DNA of 64,000 nt from the human T2T-CHM13v2.0 reference genome, Homo sapiens (GCF_009914755.1 NC_060926.1), one strand, 5' to 3'; positions 13,939-32,410 are shown, numbered from the stretch's first letter. Translations and numbers: made by a program. The notes: generated from the sequence alone by a model not told the origin.

Positions 13939-14659
13939 CCTCATATTTCCCACTAATTTTTATTATTTTTCCTTGATTCAATACTATTTACCTACATTGT
14001 ACTTAGTGATCCCAAATAATGACAACTTTAAGACATATTGAGATACATTTGGGCCTTTAAATAGTGCATTGAAACAAATAGCCTTAAGCCAAGGCAGTAA
14101 AATTGATCATATCTTTGCCACATACCTTGCCTTTTTATTGTTTGTTTGTTAAATATTTTGACTCCATAGTATTTGCAATTACCTATTTTTCTTTTTAACT
14201 TTTTGAAAATCTACATGATTTTTAAATAATATTCCTAGCTATGGCCCACTATATTATCCTGAATTCGATACTGTGACTAGTGTTTCACAGAATATCAAGT
14301 CTCATTGTTAGCCATGTTATCTGTTCACTGACAAATCACAACTGGACATTATACCTATGGATCTGGATCTGTTGATCTGCACTAATATCCTTTTAAGTAA
14401 GAGTGGTAATGCTTTTCTGGACACAACTTTTGCAATTTTTAAAAACATATTCATTTGTCATGTTTGGTAAATGGTATATGCATACTTTATTGGAGTTATA
14501 GCTTGTTTCTGTCTTTTTAATATATTTTGCCAGCTAACTCCAAAACATCCTTCAATGGCACATTCAGATGAAGCTGAGCAAACTATAAAGGTAGAAGCCA
14601 TATGCCCTAAACTGCTTTCTCTCTGATATGCACAATAAGTTTGAGGGGAGAGAAAAAAA

Positions 14660-15205
14660 ATTGTATCCAGTCACCCTCAGGTTTGATAATTTGCTAGAAT
14701 ATCTCGTAGCACTCCCTAAAGAGTATAATACACACAGCTGTGGTTTATTATGTGAAAAAAAATAGGGTAAAATTAGCTAAGGGCAAAAGAAAAGCAGAGT
14801 TTCAAAGAACTACCAAATGCAGAATTCCTATTATATTCTTCTTGTGGTATGAAGATGCATTTGTCTTCCAACATCCATATGTGGCAATATGTATAAAGTA
14901 TTACCAACCAGAGAAACTTACTTGAGCCTTGGCATTCAGAAATTTTATTGGGGCTCCATTATGCAAGCATGATTGATTGATTGCCCATATGGTTGATCTC
15001 AGTCTTCAGGTCAATTGACACCATGTTATCCAAAACCCTGATCCTAAATCACATTCTTGGTCTTTCTGGCATAGCTAGTCCCCACGTTATATCACATTGT
15101 TACTATTTAGATAGGTGAAGGAGCCAAGAAAAACAAAGATTACCTCTGGGAGATAAGGATGAGCATCAGACTTTCATTGTTCAAGGTTAAATTACTTACT
15201 GCAGA
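14660..15205 (-). mobile_element. MER21C-like LTR (3' LTR of a decayed provirus)
   Basis: caggtttgataatttgctagaa, ttttattggggctccat..gcatgattgattgattgccca, caaggttaaattacttactgca end. The adjacent ggctaccctct reads as a polypurine tract on the minus strand. Confidence 0.7.
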
Positions 15206-17300
15206 GGCTACCCTCTGGGCTTTGGCCAAGGATCTCCTATATTTAGTAGAGAATTTATATAACAGAGATAGCAATTGTATCAATATAAATAAGCCTAACA
15301 TTTGGAAAAGCCGGTGTGGGGTAGAAATAGGTTTAAATAATAAATAATCTATATGATAGTCATTACATAAATTTTCATGTTTTGTTCCTTGATCTACCAC
15401 TATTTGTAACTTATGATAAACTCGTACAGAACTATTTTGCATATAAATTAGCAAATCCCATCATTCTTTAGGCTAGTCATGTTATGTTGGTGTTACATTC
15501 TCAGGGGTCTTTAACTCAATTTTCAATACATTTGACCATTGATGCCAGTGTTAGGCCATACCAGTATGGCTGCAGATGTGTAGATATTACCTGAAAAATA
15601 AGAGGCAGACATTACTACAGCCTGATATTGATGAATAGTCTAGTCCATTATCCTATTGTATGACCAAAATGCCTCCAAAGTGGCACCACTCTTGTTTGTA
15701 GGCTTCCATTTGATTTTGTCAGACAAAAAGAAGAGTGGTCTCAGCAACATATGATTTGACCTTTTCAGAAATCCAGTATAACTGACCTGAAAGACAAAGT
15801 TATCTCTTGCTCTGAGCCTTTTTTGAGGCACCAATATAATATTGTATTATTCTAATTGTGTTGACTATGTATTTATTTCTTTATGCTCAGCCTTCTTTCC
15901 TTTTTCTCTCCATTTTTACCCAAACTTATCAGCCTTCAGGAGATTTATTAGTGTCATCCTCTGTGCTTGTCCAACTTTCCAGCAGGAATACCAGTCTAGC
16001 AAATTTATCTGTCTCTCAGAACACTCCCATTCACATAGGGTAGAGTTACATTAGGGTAGGTTTCTTACATTTTCATAGTGGGCTATATCAATTGCTAAGC
16101 AACAGGGCTGCATTCATTATACTCCTTGATTTTACCAAACAGGAGGAAGGTAAAAACTCAGCTCATCAGGCCCTTAGGAATTCTGATATTTAAATTTAAA
16201 AGTATAGCTACAGTTTCTTACTTAATAATCCTCTATTCTTCTGGTACCCACAGTTGTAGTGAGGTCATGGGACCACTGCATCAGGTAAGGAAAAAAAAAT
16301 TGAGCTTATGTGGGGAAAAAATAAAAGAAAAAAAAAGAAAGAAAAGGAAAGAATAGTAGTATCAGCATCCTTACTGGGCGGGAACAATTGTGTTCAGGTT
16401 GAGCATCTCTGATGGAAAAATCTGAAATCTGAAATCCTCCCAAATCTAAAACTTGTTGAATGTTGACATGAGATAGTGACACATTTGCTTGCTGATGCTT
16501 CAATGGACACAAACTTTGTTTTATGTAGAAAATGATTAAGAATTTTGCTTAAAATTACCTTTAGGCTATGTGTGTAATGTGTGTAGAAAACATAAATGAA
16601 TTTTGTGTTTAGACTTGAGTTCCTTCCCCAAGATACCTTATTATGTATATGCAAATATTTCAAAAAAAATCTGAAATCTAAACACTTCTGGTCCCACACA
16701 TTTTCGATAAAGAATACTCAACCTGTAGTTTTACCAGCACCTGCCCCCCAGCCAAGTTTTCGTTCTAAATCCTCCAGAAAATTGGAGGAATCTAACAAAA
16801 GGGGGAACCTTCCTTTGGTCCCCTCTTATGATGAGTGTGAGCACATACTTACGAAGCTGTTCAAGTCAACCCATCATACTTTCATCTCTTCCAATTTTAG
16901 ACAACAAGGGTTCTAATTGTCCACTCCAGTTTTCTCAAACCATTACTCTGAGAATGAAAGTGTGTTCTTGTTCTGAGGAATTGTGACTTAGCTATCCAAA
17001 TTAGTGCATGTCTTCTGTTCTGGTTCTTTTATAGTACTATGAGCATTTGTATCTACTACTTTATTTTCTGAAACAGTGATTACTAGTAGGTTTAGCAGAT
17101 TTGATTTTTATGTACAGAAGAGGACATTCTTGGCAGTATTGAAAGCATACTTCTCAGGCATCTGCTTTTTTATCTTCATGGCAGCAAGTACAGACTCTTT
17201 TATTATTCGTGTTTTAGTTTTCATAGCATTTAAACATTTTTATCTGCCATTCTCACATTCAGCCTCTGAGGATAGCAAGAATGAATCATTACATAGAGTT
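15206..17300 (-). mobile_element. Probable decayed ERV internal sequence attached to the MER21C-like LTR
   Basis: Contiguous with the PPT/LTR junction and more base-balanced than its flanks. No intact ORF. Distal boundary uncertain. Confidence 0.45.
16395..16725. mobile_element. Tigger4/Zombi (MER46-type) TcMar MITE
   Basis: TIRs caggttgagcat... and ...atactcaacctg followed by TA. Internal aaatctgaaatc and cacttctggtccca motifs. Confidence 0.88.
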
Positions 17301-18659
17301 TATAAATAAAAAAATGTTTAGAGAAGTTGATATGTTCAAATTAATTCAACTAACCGATAGAAGATGAATCATTAACAAACAAGTTTATTTTTTTTTCTAT
17401 TTATAATATGAGCACATTTTAGCCACGCCCTGCCTAAGAACAGATTCTAGAGTTCTCCCAATGTTCACTCTGACTATGTTTCTACTATGGTATAATTCTT
17501 GCTTATTTACAATGTGTTACCTGCGTTGGAGAATAGGAAGGAGAGACAAAATCCCAACAGGGACTCTCATAAAGCCTGGCCCAAACAAATAATTAAAGAA
17601 ATCCATCAGATAATTAATATGGGAACAATCCCTATCTTAGAATTAATTATCAAATAATATAAGAGCATATGAGTGCTTCTGATGGGTGTGTATTGGGGGA
17701 CATGAGTTGAAGATGATAAATTGAAGAATGCCAAAAATATACATGTTGTCTGTTCCATATTCTAAACTTAAAATGAGCTGAAAAGATAGTATAAGAAAAC
17801 AATTAACTATTTAAAGAATGTTCCAAACCCAACACATCTCAAGAACTACCAACTCAGAATAGACAACAGAGCAAAAAAAAAGAAATCTATCATCATTGTT
17901 GTAAGGAAGTACTTATTAAATAATTCCTACTTTACTACCATAGCATTTTTTATATGTTTTGATATCATAAAGACATTCAAGAACCATCTTTTTTAAAAAA
18001 AAAAAACTCTGTGAGGTATAATTGGCACACAAGATGTTGTACATATTTATGTATACAATTTGATGAGTCTGGAAATTGTTTTATAAAATATAGATCTGTG
18101 AAACCATTACTGCAACCTATACCGTAAACATATCTATCACCTTCAAAAAACATTTTTTGCTATAAAAGAACCATTTCAAGGCAAGTGGTAAGACATTTTG
18201 TTCTTTGGGTTATATAAAAATATTTAAACATCTATTATGAGGTATTAGTTTCACAGGTAGTAAACAGAATGCAGGCAGATAAACAATACACATACCTGAC
18301 TTAAAAGGTACATATATTTATGAAACATATACATAACTTGCCTGTGTTCTGTGGCATACACATAGTATATTACATAATGGATATGTGTTCTACAGAAGAG
18401 AGTTCACATATTGGATTCCACTAGATATACCTTATAGGCATACTTTATTTAATTGCACAGAGTTGTTTGGCATGATGTTTTAACATTTCAAAATTGATTG
18501 TCAGCATTTATCAAAATACTTCATCTAAAAGTCCAAGTATCTAGATTCTAGGACTTCCATATATACTCATGACAGTGTAAAGTACTGAACTTGCACTCTT
18601 ATTGTAAATACTTAAAACGGATGTAAATAATTAAGAAAGGACTATGTCCTCTATCAATT

Positions 18660-19560
18660 CAAATTTACTAGACAAATGATGAAGCTAAAAATATGATTCA
18701 TTATCAGGAAAATAAACAGTCTATAGAAATTGACCCTGAGATGATAGGATGATAGAATTAGCATAGAATAACTTTAACACAACTATTATACACATTACCA
18801 AAAATTGAAAAGATGTATGATTTTAATAAATGAAGAGATTAAAAATTCAAGTAGAGAAATGGAAGTCATAAAGGAAATCTGATAGAAATATAGAAGTAAA
18901 AAGTATATATATAAAATGTAAAAAATACTGGAATAATTTAACAAATATTTAGAAATGCCAAAAGAAATACTTTCGTGCATTGAAGATAGATCAATTTTTT
19001 TCTGTTTTTTTAGGTTCATGGGGTACATGTGCAGGTTTGTTACCTTGGTAAATTGCATGTCACTGAGTCTTGGTATATGAATAATCCTGTCACCAAGATA
19101 GTGAGTGTAGTACCCAATAAGTAGCCTTCTAACACATGTCCCTCTCTCACCCTTCACTTTCAAGTGCTCCCCAGTATCTATTCCCATCTTTGTGTCCATA
19201 TTTATTCAATGTTTGGCTCCCACTTATAAGTGATAACATGCAGTATTTGTTTGCTGTCCCCACATTAGTTTGCTTGCATAATGGCCTCCAGCTGCATCCA
19301 TGTTGCTGCAAAGGACATAATTTCATTATTTTTTATGACTGCATAGTATTCCATGGTCTATATGTACTATATTTTAGAAAATTTATTAAATAGATGGATA
19401 CATTTGAAAAACAAAACACAACAATCTGAAGAAAATAAGGAAGACAAAGACTAGAAAAAAATGAACACAATATAAATGAACTAAGGGAAATATAAATCTT
19501 TCCATCATACATGTTATTGCTCCCAAAAAGAAAGAAAAAACTAGGCACAAAAAAATGCTT
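18660..19560 (+). mobile_element. Old L1M ORF1-region remnant, interrupted by a younger L1 3' end
   Basis: A-rich ORF1-like sequence (gaaattgaccctgagatgataggatgatagaattagca) on both sides of 18994-19370. Confidence 0.55.
18994..19370 (-). mobile_element. L1 3' end (L1PA13-16/L1PB-like), 5'-truncated
   Basis: T-tract then ggggtacatgtgcaggtttgttac...ctcccacttataagtga...ggcctccagctgcatccatgttgctgcaaaggacat. Confidence 0.9.
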
Positions 19561-19859
19561 GATTAAATATTTTTTTAAATTCCCATATTGTAGAAAAACC
19601 CCCTAAAAACAAATAATAGTTGAAATCATTAGCACATTGGTAGACATTTAGCTATTAGTTCTTTGAGGAAGAAACTCTTACTGGTAGCATTTGCCAATGC
19701 CCATGATGTAAATATTCATACCCTTGCAAATTCCAGGCTACTATAGTGGCATATAAAAGAAAGTAAGATCTCATCACTAATATTTCTAATGGTAAAATAT
19801 TGAACAGTTTTCCCTAAGAGTATATGTATTGTATTAAATAATCTAGTCAGTGGAATAAG

Positions 19860-20330
19860 GCAGGAACATCACCAGTAGTTGTTAAATCTAGTGGTTGATG
19901 CAGAACACACAATACCAATTCAGGTATTCCGGCCACAAACAATCAAGCAAACACAAGTTGATGGTCATTCTCCAAAATAAAAATCCTACATTCTTAAAAA
20001 AATGTTAAAGTTAAGAAAAAGACAAGAAATGCTAATGGATACTTCCAGATTGTAAGTGTGTAAATAAATTAAATGATATGCCTAATTCTGAATTGAGTTA
20101 CAGCCAAAAAATATTATTTAAAAAACTATAAAGGACATAATTTTTTGATTGATGAAATTGCAATATAGATTTCGGTTTTGTTAGTAATAGTAAATCAGTG
20201 TTAAATTTCTTCATTTTGATAACTATTTTATGCTTATATAATAATTTTTTTTTAACAAATAACAGGATAAATTTAGAGATAAAGGGTATTGGTTTCTGAA
20301 ACTTACTCTTATATGGCTCATTTAAAAAGT
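19860..20330 (+). mobile_element. L1MC-like 3' UTR fragment
   Basis: taaatcagtgttaaatttcttcattttgataac and gaaattgcaatatagatt motifs. Confidence 0.55.
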
Positions 20331-20839
20331 TATTCATTAATCTTTCAATATATGAGAAAGCATGTATATGCCTGTATGTATGTATGTATATAACATGACA
20401 TATAATATATAATCAAAATTATGCATATGGAAGATACACACATATATACACACAAAAAAGAGATTAAAAAAGAAAATTAGCAAAATATAAACAATGGATA
20501 AATTTGTTTAAAAAGGAGTAGAATTTCTTTAAACTCTTTTTACAAATTTTTGTTTGTTTAAAATTGTGTCAAAACATAATGTTATTGAGAGTTATAACAC
20601 TTTTATCTCTTTCTAATGAAAATGTATCAATTCATTTTCTTTGTGATTGACCTTTATCTGCATTTCAAACAAATTTTGTGCTCAATGTCTTTTCATTATC
20701 AAACCAATGTTGGTGTTCTTCTTTATTATGCATTTTCAGTTTCCATTTCTCTTTCCTTGTTTCTCTGTTCTGTCCCTCACTGATCTAAGGCAAAAGTCTT
20801 GCTAGTGAATATAGAGATATGCAACTTCTTCCATTCCCT

Positions 20840-22078
20840 TGCAGTATTGTGTGAGGAATTACTACCGCGAAGTTAGTGCCTTAAAACACCACTTTTATTT
20901 CACAGTGCTGCAGGTCAGAAGTATGGGAGTGGCAGAGCAGGGTTGCTGGACTGTCTGTTCACTGTATTCTAATGCTGAAACCAAGGCATTGGCTGGGCTG
21001 AGCTCTCACCTGGATGCTTTAGAGAAAAATTCACTTCCAAGATCATTCAGATTGTTGGCAGAATTCAGTTCTTTGTGGCTTGTGAGGTCCCCAGTCTTTT
21101 TCTGGCTGTCAGTTGGAGGTTGATTACAGCTTCTATAGACTACTCCCAGGTCATTCCCACATGAACCCTCCGTCTTCAAAGCCAGCAACAGATCCTTTCC
21201 CTTTTATGATTTCAATCACTTTGATTTTGAATCTCTTTCACTAGGATGAATCTCAACTCTAGCATTAGATTTTGATAGCTGCATAATAAAGTCTCAAAAG
21301 CTTTCCAGTTTGAAGTAAGATCCACTTATTAGCTCAAAGTTGCATGTATCTGGAGTCTGGCATGGCATGTATAAGTTCTGTGTTCAGAAATCCGAAGAGT
21401 GAAATCAACATGTTGGCCTGACTAAATTCTCATCTCAGGAGGCCCTGCAGGGGAAAATTTGCTTCATAGTTTATTCTTGCTTGCAAAATTTAGTTCCTTT
21501 TGGCAATTGGACTGGAGTCCCCCATTCCTTGCTTATTGTACTCATGCACCACTCTCATTTCCTAGAGGTTGCTCTCAGGTCCTTTCCATGTGGTTCCCAC
21601 AGGGAGTTTGCACCATCCATGCCTGCTTTCCTCCAGGCCCACTGAAGCACAACTTTCTGACGTTCCCTTTTGCAGTCAGACAAAGAAAACTCTCTGCTTT
21701 TAAATGGCTCAACAAACTGGGTCACTCCCATTCAGAATAATATCTTTTTTTGCTATATAGTCTAACATAGCAATGAATATAATTGTATCTTACCTTATAC
21801 ACAAATTTTGCCCCTACTTAAGGAGAAGAAAATTATTACAACAGTGTGAGCGTCCTTGAAGTCACTGTAAAATTCTGCCTATCACAAGGATCATGTGGTT
21901 AGGCCTGTACAACCCAGTATAATCTCCCTTTTAAAAACTCAGTTGTGCCAAATAACATAATACCATCAGGGGTGTGATATCTCATTATATTCATGTATTC
22001 CTCCAACACTCACTTAGAAGGATTATACAAGTGTGTGGCTTATTGAGGTTCATCTTAGAATTCTGCAGTCACACCTAA
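20840..22078 (-). mobile_element. Nested MLT1 MaLR LTRs (one at about 21265-21887 inside another)
   Basis: Two sets of MLT1 motifs (cttccaagatcattcagattgttggcagaattcagttc; ttgcaaaatttagttcctt) and two ends of the aattctgcctatcaca/aattctgcagtcaca type. Confidence 0.65.
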
Positions 22079-22494
22079 TGTATAACAAAGTTGTCAAACT
22101 GTATCTAAAAAGAAACATCTGGAATTTTTCTTCTAAAGCTAAGGGTCCAGAAAGTAGGTTTCTTTAAGAACTTATTATCAAGTTATTCCACTTCTTTATT
22201 AGCCAAGAGTAGCTTCTATTATAAACTAAACAATGATTTATGACAGAATCCTCATTATAATATAATATATAATATAAAACTATCTAATAGCAAACAGTTT
22301 ATCTCTAATTTGTTCCCACATAATAAGTAGAAGACGTAATCTAAACTCTTCAAAATTTACTTTGTTTTATAAGAGAAGGAAAATAGGTCAGAATTAAATA
22401 TTGGTATAAGAAAGTTTAATGCATCAGTAAATTTCATTAGATACATTATTACCTAAAAGCTTGATTGAACTAACAGCATTTTCTACTGGAAATA

Positions 22495-23712
22495 TACTAG
22501 TTATTTATTTCTGAGTAACAATATTACCACAAATTTAGAAGATTAGAACACTGCATATTTATTATCTCACAATTTCTGCTGGTCAGGAATTTGGTCAAGG
22601 TTTAAATGAATCCTCTGCTTAGAGTTTCAGTGTTGGAGTTGCTGAGTTATGTTCTCAATTGGAGGCTCAGTTTGGAAAGCATTCACTTAAACTCACTCAG
22701 GTTGTTGGCAGAACTCATTTTGTTGTGATTTTATGACTGAGAGGCACAGCTTCTTGCTAATTGTTGCTTAGAGTATGTGCTTGCCTCCTAGAGGCTGCAG
22801 ACAGTTCCATACTATGTGGGTTTTTCCCAACGTGAACCCTTTCTTCAACTAGCCAGCACAGAGGCTCCAACATGAGTCTCCTAGAAAGACAGTGTTGGGG
22901 AAACCAGCCCCACACCACCCAGCTGGTACCCCAAGTCCGGCGGAGACAAAGGAGTTAGAAAGAGACAGAGTAAGTGTCTAAAAGGCAGGTCCGGAGACAA
23001 AGGAGTTAGAAAGAGACAGAGTAAGTGTCTAAAAGGCAGGTCCAGGGGACCGGAGCATCAGAGGCTTGCTCACGGCCCAGAGCTCTCTGGCTCTGACTAA
23101 TTTATTGGTTTACAAGCTCTTTGTTCTTAGGGCAGATGGGAGGGGGAGGAAGGGGTGAGGAAAAGGATTAATCAGTGAAGGAGAAGTCGTGAGTCATTCA
23201 ATAAGATGTAGAGCAATGGCGGTTTCTGTGAATTTCCTTGAGCAAAGGCATGTGTCTAAACTACTTAAGATCTTTAACTTATCGGGACTGAAATGGGCGG
23301 GAGTGGGTTTCAGGAGGAGCCAAGATGTTTGATTATACTCCACGGCTTCAAGGGAGTATTATCTCCCTGAGCAACCTGTGGAATGCTGCTGAGTGGTTAT
23401 GCTCTTAGGGCATAAAGACATGAAGGCAATAAGGAGACTTTTCTCCTCAGAGGCTGCCCATTGCTCCCCATGGGTGTCTCACACAGGGGAGACCAACTCA
23501 TCTGGCACCCCAGAAACTCTCTTTCCCACAGACAGTCTTAAAGAAAGTAACGTAATCACAAGAGTGATATCTTATTGCCTTAGCCATATTCTGTCAGAAG
23601 AAAGTCACAGTCCCCACCCACAACCAAGGGCTTTGAATTATACAAAGGCATAAACATCAGGAAGTGAGGATTCTGGGGTTGGGGAGGAGGCTGTTAGAAT
23701 CTGTCCATTACT
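22495..23712 (-). mobile_element. MLT1 LTR split by the LTR14C-like insertion
   Basis: tttattatctcacaatttctgctggtcaggaat...gttgttggcagaactcattt upstream. It resumes after 23530 with aacgtaatcacaagagtgatatc. Confidence 0.7.
22893..23530 (-). mobile_element. HERV-K-type solo LTR (LTR14C-like)
   Basis: Minus strand reads TGTGGGAAAGAGAGTTTCTGGGGTGCCAG...GGTTTCCCCAACA (TG...CA). AATAAA at about 23101-23106. Flanking gacag/gacag TSD. Confidence 0.85.
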
Positions 23713-24374
23713 GGAGGACAAGGGCTGGAGAGGTCACCATGGGATGAAGATTTCTGGGATGAAAAACTTTAATATGGGCCTTCAATGATAGGTATTAATT
23801 GGAAAGATAGATTTGGAGGGACTATTATTATTTTAAGCCTTGCCATACAAGGCAATGCCATTGTTCTTTTCTGTATAATATGATACTGTGGCAACTGTAT
23901 CATATGAATGACAGAACACTGTGTTGATCAGGAAAACCTGCAAAATATTGGAGATCAGATTAGTTATGTGCACACTAGATTCTGTTCAGTAAATAATACA
24001 TACTTCCTACTATTAGACAATATGTTAAGCAAGCCTCAGAGATTATTGAAACTAAAGCCAAACCAACTTAAACACAAATGTTTATTAACATAATCAATGA
24101 AACAGGTTGTTTAAGAGGGTTCACAGTGTTTCAGTGGTAAAACCGACATTATGGTACAACAATCTTTTTTACCATTTAAAAATTTGTTTTCTTATTTATA
24201 TTTCATTAATTGACAATTTCTATACTTGGGGGTCAATGATGATTTGCATGTTCCTCAGCTCTCATCTCATTGCATCAAAAGCAAAATAATTTTGTTCTCC
24301 ACAGGGCCCAAAGTATTCCTTAAAAATCGCTGTGATTTCCCCTTTGTGAGTTACATAAGCCCCTCTATATCACT

Positions 24375-24742
24375 AGATATGGTTCGACTCTGTGTCCCCA
24401 CCCAAATCTCATCTGGAATTGTAATCCCCATGTATCAGGAGGAGGACCTGGTGAGAGGTGCTTGGATCATGGGGGTGGTTTCCCCCATGCCCTTCTCATG
24501 ATAGTCAGTGAGTTCTCACAAGATCCGATGGTTTAAAAGTATATGGCAGTTTCCCCTTCATTCTCTCTCTCTCCTGCTGCCATGTAAGATCTACCTTGCT
24601 TCCCCTTCAGCTTCCGCCATGATTGTAAGTTTCCTGAGGCCTCCCCAGCTATGTGGAACTGTTAGTCAATTAGACCTCTTTTCTTTGTAAATTACCCAGT
24701 CTCAGGTAGTTCTTTATAGCAGTGTGAAAACAGACTAATACG
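24375..24742 (+). mobile_element. MST (MSTA-like) MaLR solo LTR
   Basis: gatatggttcgactctgtgtccccaccc...ctcaggtagttctttatagcagtgtgaaaacagactaatac. TSD tcact/tcaat. Confidence 0.9.
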
Positions 24743-25743
24743 TCAATCATCTTGTGTTGTTAGATGGAGAGCTACAATTGGCTAGGCTGTATTATGTGCT
24801 TTCTCCATGGTAGGATAGTCTTACCCTGTGGTTAGGAAGCTCAAAGCTGAGAGAAAATGAATAAATCCACCATTACAAAATAAAAGCAGACAAGAATGAA
24901 AAATGACATCCATCCTTCAAACCTAATAGGTTGATATTAAAGCTGTGATTAAAAGTCATTGCAGTATTTGTATACATTTGCATATTTGCATTGAATATTT
25001 TGCTTATGAAACAAGTTTAATTTTGAATTATATTTAATGAAAAACATTTGAATGACTTAATAACAATCAGGAATATTCAGCCGTATGGTGGATGTGAAAG
25101 TACTTGCTAAATTATAATGTAGCCTAAAATGTTTGCCTTTTTTGATAGATTATATTTAAATGGGTAAATTTAAGATTTTTTATATAGCGTAAGGATGGCC
25201 ATCTAGAGAGTTTCAAGATGACTTTAGATATAATTCAGTGAAATAACATGGGCAATAGCAATGGATGGTTTTCTTCATGGAGCATTCTCACCCACTTTGA
25301 ACTTCTTAACCAGGACTTTTCAGGATTATCTCTGTTGCAGTGTATCTCCTGTACAATATCATTTGTTTTATCTTGGAATCCCCAAAAGAAATCCTGGAGG
25401 AGTTCATATTCCAGGATGACTAACAAACAAAAACGTTAAAAATATGAGGAGCCTACCACAGCGAGCCAACAGGTGAAATGAACTAATTAATGAGATTTCA
25501 TAGCAATAATATCTTTCCAAGAGAATGACATGATACGTAATGTAGTAGTCATAGGGCACATTTTTATTACTGAGCACTTTTGAACATATTGAATGATGAT
25601 GAAAGAATCAGTATAAAATAAAACTTTATTTTTTCTACTTTTTTGGTCTCTACATAGCAGCATCAAAATATTTTTTACTTTATCTTAAATGTGACTTCTT
25701 TCCTGGTTTTGCCATATTCAGTTGTAATTAAATCCAGACCAAT

Positions 25744-26203
25744 TGAAGGGGTTAAATGTATACTATTCTGGCCTATTGACTAAGTTAAAGACACTTGAAA
25801 AACAGAAGGTGCAAAAAAAAAAAAAAATCACTTCGACCCTTGTGCTGTTTCTTCAAAGCAGAAAATGAGATTCCCATGTGAAAGATGCCCTCTCTATGCT
25901 AGAAAGATGCAGCACCCAAATCTACAAAGATGAGAAATTGAAACCAAAAGAGTTCTGTACAGCCCTTGTTAATAACTTTTAAGGCTTCCCACATAATTTA
26001 GTCACATTTCTACAGTTTACTATTCTATGTCCAATCCAGCATATAACTGACTCTAACTGCATCTTCAGGATCTCCATTTTTATGACAGCTCTTTTGCCAC
26101 TTACAAGTTTTCTTATGCTTTTCTTCTAATAATCTATCTTATATCAGTTTAATTCTCAGACCAAGCTTGGACCCTAAAAGAAGGGAGGGGAGATTTTTTA
26201 ACT
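25744..26203 (+). mobile_element. MER34/MER39-group ERV1 solo LTR
   Basis: tgaagggg start, cacttgaaaaacagaaggtgca, ttcccatgtgaaagatgccctc, ggaccctaaaagaagggagggg near the end. Confidence 0.7.
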
Positions 26204-26848
26204 TAGAATAATCAGAATGATTTTACTCTATTTTTTGCAAGGTATTAAGTCCTTCTACATGGATATATACTGGGTAGGGACAGCATACCTACTTTGCCAG
26301 GAATATTCTAGGCTTATGAATATTGTCCCAGGAAAATTTATAAAAAGCTCTTCCTTTCGCTTTCAAGTTTTTTTTTTTTTTTTGGATAATAAATTATGAG
26401 ATCTCCCTGGCTCTGCAAGCTTTTCATATGCTCTAAGACTGCCATTAGATTATTTTTTTAATCACAAACTTCATAAAGTTTGTCACCATTTCATAAGGAT
26501 GCTTAAAAATATCCACTATACTACTAGCACAACAACAACATAACAATAATTCCTTAATACCGATACATAACCAACCAGTGTTCAAATTATCCCAAATGTT
26601 TCCTATTTTTACAGCTTACTCATTTGCTTCAGGATCCAGATTGATTCTGCACATTGGAATTGGCTTATATATCCCTTACATAATTTTAGTCTTTGTTTTT
26701 CTACTCTTTTTTTGCAATTATGTTTGAGGAAATTAGATCATTTTTCCCTAGAGTATCTCACATTCTGGATTTTTTTGATTGCATCTGTTAGCCTTATGTA
26801 TTTCATGTAAACTGGTATTTAGATCTAGAGTTTTTATTATAATTAATC

Positions 26849-26978
26849 CTTTTCCTTCCTTCCTTCCTTCCCTCCTTCCTTCCATCCTTCCTTCCCTACC
26901 TCCCTCCCTCCTTCCTTCCTTCCTTCCCTCTTCCCTCCCTCCCTCCCTTTCTTCCTTTCTTTTTTCATTTTTTCCTTT
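26849..26978. repeat. (TTCC)n/(TCCC)n microsatellite within an old L1MC-like 3' fragment
   Basis: Direct reading. It explains the ORFs at 26748-27121. Confidence 0.95.
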
Positions 26979-27719
26979 TGTAAGAATATTACATACATTG
27001 TATAAGGGACACATAAAAATATCTGGTGTGTCTCTCTTTTTGGGATTAAGTATAGAGCCAATCTGCAGCTGCTGTGAAGTATTTCTAGACTGTATTTAAC
27101 TCCAGAAATATCTGGAACCATAATAAGTATTGGCTGAGATTAGAAGAAGTGTTCTAGCCAGTCATTCATAGTGCCCTTTTTAATGTCCCAAAACTCAATT
27201 AGAGGTGCTCTGTGCCAGTGTGCCAATTTATTTATAGTGATAGTTGAAATAATACAGATTGATAATCTATGCTTGGTTTTCCTTAGTACACAGCTTGGTT
27301 TTGGCTGTGACCAATGGGGTATAAAAGATTCCCCAGTAAAAATGTAATATAGCTTCACTGAGACCAGGATGTCACACATGCCTCTTGGTGGTTCACGATC
27401 TAAAGAAGTAAATTTGGTGCAGCTGAGAAAAAACTTTGAAATCTGAAACTAAAAGTTTAACTAGGTCTTCTGTCTCCTGCTATTTTGAATCCCTTGTCTT
27501 TATTAAAGACTTAATTAGGTATACCAGGCTAGGCTGTTGAGTCTTCTCAATTATTTGGGGTGCTGCATAATTGGTGTAGTAATAACTGGTAATTATTGCT
27601 TAAATCTATAACGTTATTGGAAATTAAAAAGGGTATCACTAAAAATTTGACATACTTTATTCAACTACTGAATTATATACTTCTATAATTATGGATGTCT
27701 CTTTATCTATTCTTTATTT

Positions 27720-32410
<4,691 letters not shown>

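Noticed and set aside
19660-19755. Possible MER63-like hAT fragment
   Set aside because: Too short and diverged to support from recalled consensus alone.
22941-23042. Direct repeats as a possible CRISPR-like array
   Set aside because: Only two abutting copies with no spacers, inside a retroviral LTR in eukaryotic DNA.
25235-25480. Unique-looking sequence with short ORFs on both strands and a possible AG...GT pair
   Set aside because: Splice signals are weak and no protein similarity is recognisable, so an exon is unsupported without RNA data.
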